Part shown: piece by piece, positions 52,535 through 62,302 of the stretch
Layout of the letters: every line of letters starts with the position of its first letter
How positions within the stretch are numbered: position 1 is the first letter of the stretch
NCBI GenBank assembly: GCA_002509405.1
Contig: DAVO01000012.1
Span: 4,009 to 68,008 of the forward strand
Origin: Methanomassiliicoccaceae archaeon UBA72
Lineage (GTDB): Archaea > Thermoplasmatota > Thermoplasmata > Methanomassiliicoccales > Methanomethylophilaceae
Reading direction: 5' to 3'
Length of the DNA: 64,000 bases
The notes under the pieces: model-generated
The model's input: the letters and a program-made list of their open reading frames with translations, nothing else
Database searches by the model: none
Told to the model about the DNA's origin: nothing
Position numbers and translations under genes: made by a program

Positions 52535-54608
52535 GATGATGGACCACTTAGACCTCTACGACCCCAACCTCTACATCAACAGGGAGCTCTCATGGCTCGA
52601 GTTCAACAGGAGATGCCTCGACGAGGCCAACGACAAGGGGGCCCCCCTGCTCGAACGCCTGAAGTTCCTTGCCATATGCTACGGGAACCTCGACGAGTTC
52701 TTCATGATCCGCGTCCCCGGCATAGTCAACGGGATAGTGGCAGGTGCACCGATACTTGATGCCCCGGACATAGAGCATGACACAAACCGTCTGCTTTCCA
52801 AGATCAATTCCAAGGTGGAGGGCCTGCTAGAGGGGTACAACGCATGCTGGTTGGAGCTCAGGTCGGTCCTTTCGGAGAACGGGATAAGGATTCTGTCCAT
52901 AGACGACCTCTCCGACGAGCAGATGGAGGCGGTGGATTCCTTCTACAACGACCGCATCCATCCTCTCCTGACGCCTCTCGCGCTGGACGTATCGCATCCG
53001 TTCCCTTTCATCTCGAGCAACACCCTCAGCCTTGCGGTGAAGATGGAGGGGCCCAGGGGCCAGGTAATGTATGCCAGGATCAAGATGCCCCTCGGACCCT
53101 TCAACCGCTTCGTGCGGATACCATCCGAATCCTCCGGCTTCGACTATGTCCTCCTGGAGGATATGGTGCGCCACAACGTGCAGAAGCTTTTCCCCGGTTT
53201 CAAGATCAACGGGGTATACGCCTTCAGGGTCACCAGGAATGCTGATACCAAGGTGACGATCGACGAGGCCTGCGACCTCATGTCTGCCGTCGAGGAGTCC
53301 ATCGAAGGCAGGGGCACCGGTTTCCCGGTCAGGATGGTCACAGAGTCTGCCATGCCCCAGGACATGGTGGAGCTTTTCGGCAAGAATCTGGACCTCGGGA
53401 CGGAGCAGATACACAGGTCGGATTCGCCGTTGATGCTCAACAGCCTCTGGGAGCTCTACGACCTCAACCTGCCCCGTCTCAAGGAGAAGGAATTCAGGCC
53501 CTACTGCCCGCAGGAGCTGGCAGAGGGGTCGTCGATCTTCGAGGCCGTAGCAAAGAGGGACTGGGTGCTCTACCACCCGTACGAATCCTTCGGGATAATA
53601 GTGAGGTTCCTGCAGGAAGCGGCCCACGACCCTGCGGTCCAGAGCATCAAGATATGTCTTTACAGGATAGGCAAGGACCCCTCCATAATCCAGGCGCTTA
53701 GGGATGCCAGGGAGAAAGGTAAGACGGTATCGGTCCTGATGGAGATAAGGGCGAAATTCGACGAGACCAACAATATACAGCTCGCGAAAAGCATGGAACA
53801 GCTCGGCATACATGTGGTCTTCGGGCCCCTGGAGCTAAAGGTCCATTCCAAGCTCCTGCAGGTGGTGCGCCTCGAGGGAGGCCATCTTGTCAGGTACACC
53901 CATATGAGCTCCGGCAACTACAACGTAAGCACCGCCAAGCAGTATGCCGACATCTCGTTCCTGACGGTGAACGAGGAGATAGGAGAGGACGTGGGCGAAC
54001 TTTTCAACTCCCTCACCGGCTACTTCGGACCCAGGGAATACAAGCAGCTGCTGGTGTCGCCTCTGAACCTGAAGGACTCGCTCATCGAAAAGATAAGACG
54101 CGAGATCGAACGCAAGGAGGAGACCGGCAGCGGATACATCGCGCTCAAGGCCAACGGCCTCATAGACGCGGACATCATTGCAAGCCTGTACAGCGCGTCC
54201 ATCGCGGGCGTGAAGATAGAATTGAACATCAGGGGGCTGTGCTGCCTCCGTCCCGGGATACCAGGAGTATCCGACAACATACGCGTGATAAGGGTGGTGG
54301 ACAGGTTCCTGGAGCATGCGCGCATCTACTACTTCGAGAACGGGGGCGACCCGGAGATGTACATGGGTTCTTCGGACATAATGCCGAGAAACCTCCTCGC
54401 AAGGGTCGAGACGCTGTTCCCGATACTCGACAAGGAGATGCTGGTCTCCATCAGGGACAACATCCTTCGCGTGCACCTTGCCGACAACGTGAAGGCCAGC
54501 GAGCTGACCTCCGACGGGACGTATGTCCCGGTGGCAAGGAAGAAGAAGGAGCCGGCAGTCAGGTCGCAGAAATGGTTCATTGACCACAGAGGGTGCTGGC
54601 ATGGCTGA
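52524..54608 (+). CDS. ppk: Polyphosphate kinase 1
   Basis: YINRELSWLEFNRRCLDEA...LERLKFLAICYGNLDEFFMIRV and the HSK motifs (KVHSKLL) match PPK1. The gene overlaps the end of hisD. An alternative ATG is at 52536. Confidence 0.92.
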   Translation: MRSEMMDHLDLYDPNLYINRELSWLEFNRRCLDEANDKGAPLLERLKFLAICYGNLDEFFMIRVPGIVNGIVAGAPILDAPDIEHDTNRLLSKINSKVEGLLEGYNACWLELRSVLSENGIRILSIDDLSDEQMEAVDSFYNDRIHPLLTPLALDVSHPFPFISSNTLSLAVKMEGPRGQVMYARIKMPLGPFNRFVRIPSESSGFDYVLLEDMVRHNVQKLFPGFKINGVYAFRVTRNADTKVTIDEACDLMSAVEESIEGRGTGFPVRMVTESAMPQDMVELFGKNLDLGTEQIHRSDSPLMLNSLWELYDLNLPRLKEKEFRPYCPQELAEGSSIFEAVAKRDWVLYHPYESFGIIVRFLQEAAHDPAVQSIKICLYRIGKDPSIIQALRDAREKGKTVSVLMEIRAKFDETNNIQLAKSMEQLGIHVVFGPLELKVHSKLLQVVRLEGGHLVRYTHMSSGNYNVSTAKQYADISFLTVNEEIGEDVGELFNSLTGYFGPREYKQLLVSPLNLKDSLIEKIRREIERKEETGSGYIALKANGLIDADIIASLYSASIAGVKIELNIRGLCCLRPGIPGVSDNIRVIRVVDRFLEHARIYYFENGGDPEMYMGSSDIMPRNLLARVETLFPILDKEMLVSIRDNILRVHLADNVKASELTSDGTYVPVARKKKEPAVRSQKWFIDHRGCWHG

Positions 54609-56136
54609 AAGCAGGACCGTCGCCTTCATAGACGTGGGTACCAACTCGATCCATGTGCTGGTGACCCAGTTCTTCCCGGACTCGGTGGGCACTCCGATAT
54701 TCGACGACAAGGAGTCCGTGAGGCTTGGCCAGAACCTCTTCGCCGAGGGATACATCGACCAAGAGACCATCCAGAGGACGAAACTTGTCATAGGGCGTTT
54801 CGTCAGGATAGCCAAGGACATGGGCGCGGACGAGATATTCGCCTTCGCCACATGCGCCGCACGCGAGGCCTACAACAGGAACGAGCTGCTGGACGCGGCT
54901 TCTGAAGCGGGAATAGATCTGAGGATAATATCCGGCACCGAGGAGGCCAGGCTGGCGGGGCTCGGCGTGTTCGGGCCTTACGGGCCCCCGGACAGGTGCG
55001 TCGACATCGATCTCGGAGGGGGAAGCACCGAGATAAATCTCTGCAAAGGCAGCGAGACCATATTCTTGGACAGCCTCATGGCCGGTTCGGTGCGTTTCTC
55101 CTACGGGCTGGGCATAGACCAGCGCGGGACGGTGTCCCGTGCCGACTACGAAAAGATGCTCCGTGCGGTGGACAAGGTGGCAGATAATGCGGCCAACAGG
55201 CTCAGGGAGATCGGATTCGACAGGGCGATGGGGTCATCGGGCACCATGATAAATCTGGCCGAGATGTGCGCCGCCCGCAGGGACGGCGACGCTTCGTATA
55301 TGACGAAAAAAGAGCTTTCGGAGCTGATGAGGGACCTTTGCGCCATGGACGAAGTCCAGCGCCGCAGCGTGCCCAGGATGAACCCCGGAAGGTCGGACAT
55401 AATCATCGGAGGAGGGGCCGTAGCAGAGGAGCTGATGCACCTTTTCGAGATAGACAAGATATTCATCAGCGAACGCGGGCTGAGAGAAGGGATGCAGTTC
55501 GACTATCTCCTGGGAAAAGGCAGGAAGGAGTTCAATCTCAGGCGATCCTCTGTGATGACACTCGCCAGACGCTGCGGTTTCAACGAGAAGCACGCATCGC
55601 AGGTCAACATGCTCACGATGCGTATGTTCGACAGCATGAAGGACCTCGGCCTGCACGCGATGAACGGCGACGTCAGGGAACTGCTGGGATATGCGGCGAC
55701 GCTCCATGATATAGGGGAGTTCATCAGCTACAACAAGCACAATGTCCACTCCTACACGATAATATTGAATTCGAACATGCCCGGTTTCACCCCGACGGAA
55801 CTGGAGGACATGGCGCTGATCGCAAAGTTCCACCACAAACGGTTCCCCGGGTCGAACCACAAGCTCCTCAAGACGTTTACCAGACAACGGGCCAAGACCG
55901 TCCGCTACTGCGCCATGATGCTCCGCATGGCCGACGTTCTGGACAGGCACAGGTCCTCGCCGGTGGACAGCATGCGCGTCCTCGCGGTCGGAGGCAGCGT
56001 GCTCATAGATCTGAAGTCCAAGGAGGACCTGAGCATGGAGGTCTGGAAGCTGGAAGAGCTATCCGAACCGTTCAGAGAAGTATTCGGGTCAGAGCTTAGG
56101 ATATGCGCATCCGGGTGGGGCGAAGCGAAGATATAG
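54601..56136 (+). CDS. ppx: Exopolyphosphatase (Ppx/GppA) with a C-terminal HD domain; the only gene here ending in TAG
   Basis: VAFIDVGTNSIHVLV...IDLGGGSTEI is the ASKHA fold and LHDIGEFISYNKH is the HD region. I used the ATG at 54601, which overlaps the ppk stop. Confidence 0.85.
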   Translation: MAESRTVAFIDVGTNSIHVLVTQFFPDSVGTPIFDDKESVRLGQNLFAEGYIDQETIQRTKLVIGRFVRIAKDMGADEIFAFATCAAREAYNRNELLDAASEAGIDLRIISGTEEARLAGLGVFGPYGPPDRCVDIDLGGGSTEINLCKGSETIFLDSLMAGSVRFSYGLGIDQRGTVSRADYEKMLRAVDKVADNAANRLREIGFDRAMGSSGTMINLAEMCAARRDGDASYMTKKELSELMRDLCAMDEVQRRSVPRMNPGRSDIIIGGGAVAEELMHLFEIDKIFISERGLREGMQFDYLLGKGRKEFNLRRSSVMTLARRCGFNEKHASQVNMLTMRMFDSMKDLGLHAMNGDVRELLGYAATLHDIGEFISYNKHNVHSYTIILNSNMPGFTPTELEDMALIAKFHHKRFPGSNHKLLKTFTRQRAKTVRYCAMMLRMADVLDRHRSSPVDSMRVLAVGGSVLIDLKSKEDLSMEVWKLEELSEPFREVFGSELRICASGWGEAKI

Positions 56137-56298
56137 GTCCCTAGGCAGGAACGCCCCGTCAGATGATTCTTCGCGGCCATCGGGCTTCAGGACATCTCTC
56201 CAGACGAACCTTTTCGTTAGGAACCATTAAATTAAGGCAAGTTATGTTAATTTCAGAAGCGGGATACCCCTTGCATGGATTAACGTCCGTTTCCCGCT

Positions 56299-57063
56299 TT
56301 AAAATCCCTTATATCCCTCGGGGTCGATCCTGAGGGATATCCCCTTTTGGTAAGCCCTTCTCTCAATTTCGTCCCATGCACCGCGGAGCAGGTCCAGTTC
56401 CTCGGGGGATGTCTGCACCAGGGCGCTGTCCCCGTAGCAGCGGAATCTCACCTGCCCAACCCCGGCCGTATTCCGGATGAAAGCTTCCCATTCTTCGATA
56501 TCCCTAAGCACGGCATCGGTGATGACGGTGCCGCATGGTATGCGGGTGGAGAGGCATGTGTCCTTTACGAGGCCTGCCGACCAATCTTTGGACATTACGT
56601 GTTCGACTATCTCCTTCCTTCCGATCTTCAGCGACTCGAGGGGCCTGAAGATGAAAAGTTCCACGGCCGCCCTGTGGCCCGGGCGGTTCTGGGAGAGGTC
56701 GTCGTAGTTGTCTCCGCATATGCAGTTGCCAGTTCCCAGTTCTACGGCTATCGTCCTGACGGCGGAATACACCGCCCTTTTGCAGTGATAGCAGCGGTCC
56801 TCCCCGTTAGCCTCCACGCCCGGCAGGTCTTCCCATCCGATCTCTGCGACCACGAAGGGGATGCCGATCGCATTTGCGATCCTCTCCGCCTCGGACCTCT
56901 GCCTCCTGCTGACCATGGGCATGTCCACGAACACGGCGGTGATATCCTCTATCGACCTTACGCATGCCTCGGCCAGATAAGAGCTGTCGAACCCGCCTGA
57001 GAACGCCAGCACAGCCGAATCCATAGTTCCTAGGAAATCGCAAACTTCGTCGAACCTGTTCAT
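56299..57063 (-). CDS. larE: LarE-like PP-loop ATP-dependent sulfur transferase
   Basis: AVLAFSGGFDSSYLA is the PP-loop, and CYHCKR and DTCLSTRIP also fit. I used the Met at 57063 (MNRFDEV...). Confidence 0.7.
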   Translation of the reverse strand: MNRFDEVCDFLGTMDSAVLAFSGGFDSSYLAEACVRSIEDITAVFVDMPMVSRRQRSEAERIANAIGIPFVVAEIGWEDLPGVEANGEDRCYHCKRAVYSAVRTIAVELGTGNCICGDNYDDLSQNRPGHRAAVELFIFRPLESLKIGRKEIVEHVMSKDWSAGLVKDTCLSTRIPCGTVITDAVLRDIEEWEAFIRNTAGVGQVRFRCYGDSALVQTSPEELDLLRGAWDEIERRAYQKGISLRIDPEGYKGF

Positions 57064-57119
57064 CTGCTTCTTATCATTTCCGCGAATATCTTTAACCCTT
57101 CGCACATATACAAGCGCAT

Positions 57120-57866
57120 ATGGACATCAGAGAAGTGTTGGAATCCTACAGGGCGGGCAGGATCTGCGCTGCGGAGGCGGAAAGGTCGCTCCGCGCTGAC
57201 TATATCGAGTCGATAGGTAACGATGTCAATATGGACCTGGGACGAGAGATCAGGAAGGGAACTCCCGAGGTCGTCTACGCCAGAGCGAAGTCACCGGAGA
57301 CCGTCGAGAGGATCCTTCGCAGTTCCAAGAGGAGGCTTCTGGTGTCAGGTGCGGCCGAGGAGCACTTCAGCGCAGCCGAGGGCATCGAAGGTGCGGAGTT
57401 CCACAGAGAGTGCGGTTGCATCGTCTTAGGCGGATTCCCCGAGGAAAGATACGGCCCGGTGGCTGTTGTCACCGCAGGCACATCCGACATCAAGGTCGCC
57501 AAAGAGGCGGTCCTCATGGCCCGCATGATGGGCTGTTCATGCCTGGAATTCTATGACATCGGGGTCTCGGGCTTACATCGCCTCATACCTCCCCTGAAAG
57601 AGATCGTATCGAAGGACGCCGCGGCCGTGGTCGCGGTCGCCGGAATGGAAGGGGCGCTGCCGACACTGGTGTCGTCCCTTTCGCCGGTTCCCGTCATAGG
57701 TGTGCCGACATCTACCGGATACGGCATCGGAGGTGATGGGCTGGCCGCCCTCATGGGCATGTTGCAGTCCTGCTCTCCGGGCCTTAGCGTGGTGAACATT
57801 GACAACGGGATAGGGGCGGGCGCGATGGCGGCCATGATAGCCAGGGGCAGGGTCTCCGAGAGATGA
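57120..57866 (+). CDS. larB: LarB-like nicotinic acid adenine dinucleotide carboxylase/hydrolase (PurE-like)
   Basis: DLGREIRKGTPEVVYA...VAVVTAGTSDIKVAKEA...VAGMEGALPTLV...PVIGVPTS matches the LarB family. Confidence 0.8.
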   Translation: MDIREVLESYRAGRICAAEAERSLRADYIESIGNDVNMDLGREIRKGTPEVVYARAKSPETVERILRSSKRRLLVSGAAEEHFSAAEGIEGAEFHRECGCIVLGGFPEERYGPVAVVTAGTSDIKVAKEAVLMARMMGCSCLEFYDIGVSGLHRLIPPLKEIVSKDAAAVVAVAGMEGALPTLVSSLSPVPVIGVPTSTGYGIGGDGLAALMGMLQSCSPGLSVVNIDNGIGAGAMAAMIARGRVSER

Positions 57867-59137
57867 GCGGACAGACGTTCTTCGATTCGATGGCAGAGAT
57901 GAACAACACCGAGATCAAATCCGGGTTGTGCTCGATCTGCAAAGGCTCGCACAGGCTCTGCGGGAAGGACAGATGCCCGCTGATGATAAAGTTCTACTCG
58001 CAGCAGAAGACCCTGCCGATGATAGACGCAAAGGACCTGGCAGGGAGCAGCCCTCCTGCCGTGTTCGTCGGCAGGTTCGGATATCCCAAGGTGGACGTGG
58101 GCCCCTTGATACCCCCGGAGTTCGGAGACACGTCCATCATGGACACGCCGGAGCGCTGGATGGGGAAGAGCATAGACGAGATAGTTGATTTCAGGTTCAA
58201 ACTGGTCCGCGGAAAGATCAGGATAGATGCGTACGACTTCAAAAAGTCGGGCAGAGTGGTAGACGATATACAAGAGATCGCCCTGACAGAACGCCCCCTT
58301 GACATCGAGGCGGAGTTCTCCCATAAGCCCAAGGGACGCGTCGTCATGGATGACGAGGTTCAGCCCTTCGGGCCATCTGCGCGTATGACCTCTATGAGGA
58401 AGAGCAACGGCAGGTTTGAAAGGAACCTCGAACGCAGCTTCTACGACACTGACATGAAGGCGGTGGACGCCGTGATATCGTCCTACCGCAACGGGACGCT
58501 TATTTCCGAGATAGAGAAGGCGTTCTCCGTCGGGACGATGGGGGTGGAGAAGCGGCGCAGGTTCGTTCCAACGAGATGGAGCATCACGGCTGTCGACGAT
58601 ATAATAGGCAAAGACCTGCTGACCACCACCAAGTTCTACAACACCATCGACGACTACCGCATATACCAGTGGGAGCAGCTGGACAACCGCTGGTGCATAC
58701 TGATGATGCCCTGCACATGGAGGTACGAGCTCATAGAGGCGTGGTATCCGAACACCACGTGGAACCCTACCGGACGCACGATCGACATAATCAGCGACTG
58801 CGAGTTCTTCGACGGCAGGAAGGAATATGCCCACATCGGAGGATGCTACTACGCCGCGAGGATGGCCGTCAACGAGCTTCTCACAAGCGAAAGGCGCACG
58901 GCGGGCGTCGTGATCTTCCGCGAGGCGCACCCGGGATACGTCATGCCGGTAGGCGTGTGGAACGTCAGGGAGAACGTCAGGGAGGCCCTTCGGACCAAAC
59001 CCTACAGCTACGACACCCTTGACAAGGCGATGGACCACGTGGACAGGGTGATGGACATCCCTAAGAGCACATGGGTCAGCAATTCCGGGGTCCTGAAGGA
59101 CTGGTACACGCAGAGGAGGATCGAGGACTATTACTGA
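57863..59137 (+). CDS. Archaeal Nre-family DNA repair protein with a C-terminal PIP box
   Basis: The N-terminus is CSICKGSHRLCGKDRCP (Zn-like), PPAVFVGRFGYPKV...RFVPTRWSITAVDD matches the Nre N and C domains, and the C-terminus QRRIEDYY fits Q-x-x-I-x-x-Y-Y. The start overlaps the larB stop (ATGA). Confidence 0.75.
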   Translation: MSGQTFFDSMAEMNNTEIKSGLCSICKGSHRLCGKDRCPLMIKFYSQQKTLPMIDAKDLAGSSPPAVFVGRFGYPKVDVGPLIPPEFGDTSIMDTPERWMGKSIDEIVDFRFKLVRGKIRIDAYDFKKSGRVVDDIQEIALTERPLDIEAEFSHKPKGRVVMDDEVQPFGPSARMTSMRKSNGRFERNLERSFYDTDMKAVDAVISSYRNGTLISEIEKAFSVGTMGVEKRRRFVPTRWSITAVDDIIGKDLLTTTKFYNTIDDYRIYQWEQLDNRWCILMMPCTWRYELIEAWYPNTTWNPTGRTIDIISDCEFFDGRKEYAHIGGCYYAARMAVNELLTSERRTAGVVIFREAHPGYVMPVGVWNVRENVREALRTKPYSYDTLDKAMDHVDRVMDIPKSTWVSNSGVLKDWYTQRRIEDYY

Positions 59138-59186
59138 CCTTCTCGACTTCACGCCTTCTGACGAGTGGGACGGGGTTTTCGAGACC

Positions 59187-59906
59187 GTGAAATGCAAACG
59201 GGCCCTCTCGCCGTCCGGCCTGCCCGGCATCGACTACGCCCTGAATCCCTACGGTGGCTGCGAGCACGGTTGCGTTTACTGCTACGGGCCCGAGGTGACC
59301 CATACGGACTTCAGGGAATGGCGCATCGTGAGGGTAAGGAGCAACATAGCGGAGAGGCTTGCCAAAGAGGTGCCGAACATAGAGGGCACGGTCGGCATAG
59401 GAACGGTCACCGACCCTTACCAGTACGCCGAAAAGAGATTCATGCTCACATCCCAATGCCTGGAAGTGCTCAGGTCCGCCGGGCTCAGAATACACGTACA
59501 CACGAAGTCCGATCTCATACTCCGCGATCTCGACATCATCTCCGGGATGAAGGGCGAGGTCGGTATCACCATAACCACCCTTGACGAGAAGGTCTCCCAC
59601 ATAACGGAGCCGGGCGCCCCGCTTCCAAAAAGGAGGCTGGAAGCACTTAAGGAACTGACCTGCGCCGGCGTGGACACCTATGCCCTGGTCGGGCCCGTGC
59701 TCATGTATCTCGAAGGCAAAGAGGTCGAATTCGTCGAAGCGGTAGCATCCACGGGAGTCAGGCGCATGTGCGTAGACCGTCTTAACCTGCGGCCGCTGCT
59801 CTCTCAGAGGCTGGAACGCATGGGAGTGAGGGGTTCGACCTCGGCACTGGAGAAGATACGGCATATCGCCGGGGACCGCGGCATAGAGGTCACCGACGTA
59901 TTTTGA
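59187..59906 (+). CDS. Radical SAM protein, SplB/COG1533-like (DNA-repair photolyase-like)
   Basis: LNPYGGCEHGCVYCYG contains the CxxxCxxC radical SAM cluster motif in the SplB-like context. The start codon is GTG. Confidence 0.75.
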   Translation: MKCKRALSPSGLPGIDYALNPYGGCEHGCVYCYGPEVTHTDFREWRIVRVRSNIAERLAKEVPNIEGTVGIGTVTDPYQYAEKRFMLTSQCLEVLRSAGLRIHVHTKSDLILRDLDIISGMKGEVGITITTLDEKVSHITEPGAPLPKRRLEALKELTCAGVDTYALVGPVLMYLEGKEVEFVEAVASTGVRRMCVDRLNLRPLLSQRLERMGVRGSTSALEKIRHIAGDRGIEVTDVF

Positions 59907-60297
59907 ATGTAAGCATGTCCCTGACCGACAGGGAGTAGGAGAATACCAACAGGGAGACCGCGAGCAGAGCGGACAGGAACGCGAGGAACGTTCCGTTCAT
60001 GGAACCGTAGACGGTCAGCCTGATATACAGGAAGTAGAAGACCAGGTAGAGTATTATCGCCGCGGTAAGATGCGATACCCTCACCTGCACCTCTCCACCG
60101 CGGTTCCTGTACCCTATGAAGACGATGCCGCCGCCTACCAGAAAGCTGATGAGGAGGGCGACGTAGGTCAAGGGCGGGAAAGGCCATTTGCCTGCGAAGA
60201 ATGCGAGATACAGAAGCGAAGCTCCCCAGAAACATATCCCCAGATAGACCAGCCACATTCCTTCCATCGATTCGTAGTTGATCCTGAAGGCGCGCAT
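59890..60297 (-). CDS. Hypothetical integral membrane protein
   Basis: There are four hydrophobic helices. I used the internal Met (MRAFRINYES...) so as not to run into the thermosome promoter. I recognise no family. Confidence 0.4.
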   Translation of the reverse strand: MRAFRINYESMEGMWLVYLGICFWGASLLYLAFFAGKWPFPPLTYVALLISFLVGGGIVFIGYRNRGGEVQVRVSHLTAAIILYLVFYFLYIRLTVYGSMNGTFLAFLSALLAVSLLVFSYSLSVRDMLTFKIRR

Positions 60298-60439
60298 TCT
60301 GAAGATACTTTCTGTATGAATATATATCCTTATCCTTTGATAAAACGGATGGCGACCATCAAAAAATGCACTGGTTATAAAGGAATAGTTAATATAGAAG
60401 AACAAATTTACCGTAACCAAGACAAAGGAGGATAATCCA

Positions 60440-62065
60440 ATGTATGGTTCTGGAAATCAGCCTATAATCGTGCTCAGAGAAGGCACTGAAAGAAACAGGG
60501 ACAAGGAAGCGCAATTCAACAACATAGCGGCCGCAAAAGCAGTGGCCGACGCCGTCAGGTCCACTCTCGGACCTAAAGGAATGGACAAAATGCTTGTCAA
60601 CACCATCGGCGACGTGGTCATAACCAACGACGGAGTGACCATTCTGAAAGAGATCGACGTACAGCACCCCGCCGCCAAGATGGTCGTCGAGGTAGCCAAG
60701 ACCCAGGACTCCGAGTGCGGAGACGGCACCACGACCTCGGTCGTAATAGCCGGAGAGCTGCTCAAACAGTCCGAGGAGCTTATCAACTCCAACGTCCACT
60801 CGACGGTGATCACCAACGGATTCAGGCTCGCCGCCGAGAAAGCGGCCGAAATCCTGGACGAGATCGCAGTACCGGTCAACACCGACGAACTCCTCGAGAA
60901 GGTCGCATCCACGGCGCTCACCGGCAAAGCTGTCGGAGAGGAAGAGGCAAAACTCGCCAAAATCGTGGTCCAGGCCTGCAGGTCCGTCGAAGACGACGGA
61001 AAGGTCGACACCGACGACATACACATTCAGAAAAAGATCGGCGAGAACATCGGCAACACATGCATGATAAAGGGTATCGTGATCGACAAAGAGCGCGTCC
61101 ACCCCCGCATGCCCAGGAAAGTAGAGAACGCGAAGATCGCGCTGTTCTCATGCGCCCTCGAGGTCAAGAAGACCGAGTTCGACGCACAGATACAGATAAC
61201 CGACCCCACAAAGATGAACTCCTTCCTCGAGGAGGAGGAGAACAGCCTCAAGGCGATGGTCGACGCCATCAAGAAGTCCGGAGCCAACGTGGTCCTCTCC
61301 CAGAAGGGAATCGACGATCTGGCCCAGCACTACCTTGCAAAGGCGGGCATATTCGCATGCAGGAGGCTCAAGCAGAGCGACCTCGAGGCTATTGCCAAGG
61401 CGACCGCAGGAACAGTCGTCGGCAACACCGCAGAGATCAACAGCAGCGACCTGGGATCCGCCGGTGTCGTGGAGGAGAAGCTCATCGGAGAGGACGGAAT
61501 GGTCTTCATCACCGGATGCAAGAACCCCAAGGCAGTGACCCTTTTCGCCCGCGGAGGCACCGAGCACGTCATCGAAGAGGTTGAAAGGGCCCTTACCGAC
61601 GCCATCCGCGTCGTGGGAGTCGCCATCGAAGACGGAAAGGTCGTCGCCGGAGCAGGTGCCCCCGAGATAGAGGTAGGGATCAGACTGGCCTCTTACGCCT
61701 CCAGCATCGGAGGAAGGGAGCAGCTTGCGATCGAAAAGTTCTCGAAGGCCCTGGAGATAATCCCCTGGACGCTCGCCGAGAACGCAGGCATCGACCCCAT
61801 AGACAGCATCATCAACCTGAAGAAGGCCCACAAGGAACACAAGAACGGTTCCGTCTACGGTATCGACCTCGACAGCGGAGAGGCCGTCGACATGCTGAAG
61901 AAGGACGTTGTAGAGCCCCTCAGGGTGAAGAAGCAGGCCATAAGCTCTGCTTACGAGGTCGCCAACATGATCCTCAGGATCGACGACGTCATCACCGCAC
62001 GCAGGGCCCAGTCCCCCCCGCCGGGAGCCGGTGGAATGGGCGGCATGCCCCCCGGAATGATGTAA
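60440..62065 (+). CDS. ths: Thermosome subunit (group II chaperonin)
   Basis: [12 protein letters not shown]...[21 protein letters not shown]...GDGTTTSVV and the C-terminal [11 protein letters not shown] tail match. An AGGAGG Shine-Dalgarno sequence lies 8 nt upstream. Confidence 0.95.
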   Translation: MYGSGNQPIIVLREGTERNRDKEAQFNNIAAAKAVADAVRSTLGPKGMDKMLVNTIGDVVITNDGVTILKEIDVQHPAAKMVVEVAKTQDSECGDGTTTSVVIAGELLKQSEELINSNVHSTVITNGFRLAAEKAAEILDEIAVPVNTDELLEKVASTALTGKAVGEEEAKLAKIVVQACRSVEDDGKVDTDDIHIQKKIGENIGNTCMIKGIVIDKERVHPRMPRKVENAKIALFSCALEVKKTEFDAQIQITDPTKMNSFLEEEENSLKAMVDAIKKSGANVVLSQKGIDDLAQHYLAKAGIFACRRLKQSDLEAIAKATAGTVVGNTAEINSSDLGSAGVVEEKLIGEDGMVFITGCKNPKAVTLFARGGTEHVIEEVERALTDAIRVVGVAIEDGKVVAGAGAPEIEVGIRLASYASSIGGREQLAIEKFSKALEIIPWTLAENAGIDPIDSIINLKKAHKEHKNGSVYGIDLDSGEAVDMLKKDVVEPLRVKKQAISSAYEVANMILRIDDVITARRAQSPPPGAGGMGGMPPGMM

Positions 62066-62074
62066 AACCATTAA

Positions 62075-62108
62075 CGAGGGGGCTCGTCCCCCTCGACACG
62101 ATTTTTAT
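62075..62108 (+). terminator. Hairpin (CGAGGGGG-CTCGT-CCCCCTCG) followed by a T-run, after the thermosome gene
   Basis: A perfect 8 bp stem lies 10 nt after the TAA and is followed by ACACGATTTTTATT. Confidence 0.6.
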
Positions 62109-62241
62109 TAAACAATTCTGCCCTTGAGGAATTCCGGGGGCTCGGAGATTCACTTATAATCATAAGTCTGGCACTATGCCGGTTACGTATCTGTAGGCAG
62201 TCATTTAAAAAATTATGAATGGTATTTTCATAGTCGCTCTG

Positions 62242-62257
62242 TCAGACAATTGTCTGA
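62242..62257. repeat. Perfect 16 bp palindrome TCAGACAATTGTCTGA upstream of the first recombinase gene
   Basis: The self-complementary sequence sits in the AT-rich 62100..62300 spacer, about 45 nt upstream of the ATG at 62303. Confidence 0.6.
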
Positions 62258-62302
62258 AAAAATTAAATATCCGTCGGACCATTATGAACACGATGGGATC
62301 AA

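Noticed and set aside
52827-54851. Two long minus-strand ORFs (328 aa and 338 aa)
   Set aside because: Both are antisense to ppk1 and ppx, which have strong family signatures on the plus strand.
57551-59230. 559-aa ORF on the minus strand
   Set aside because: It is antisense to the confidently assigned larB and nre genes. The translation is Arg/Pro/Gly/His-rich and low complexity with no recognisable motifs, which is typical of shadow ORFs in GC-rich DNA.
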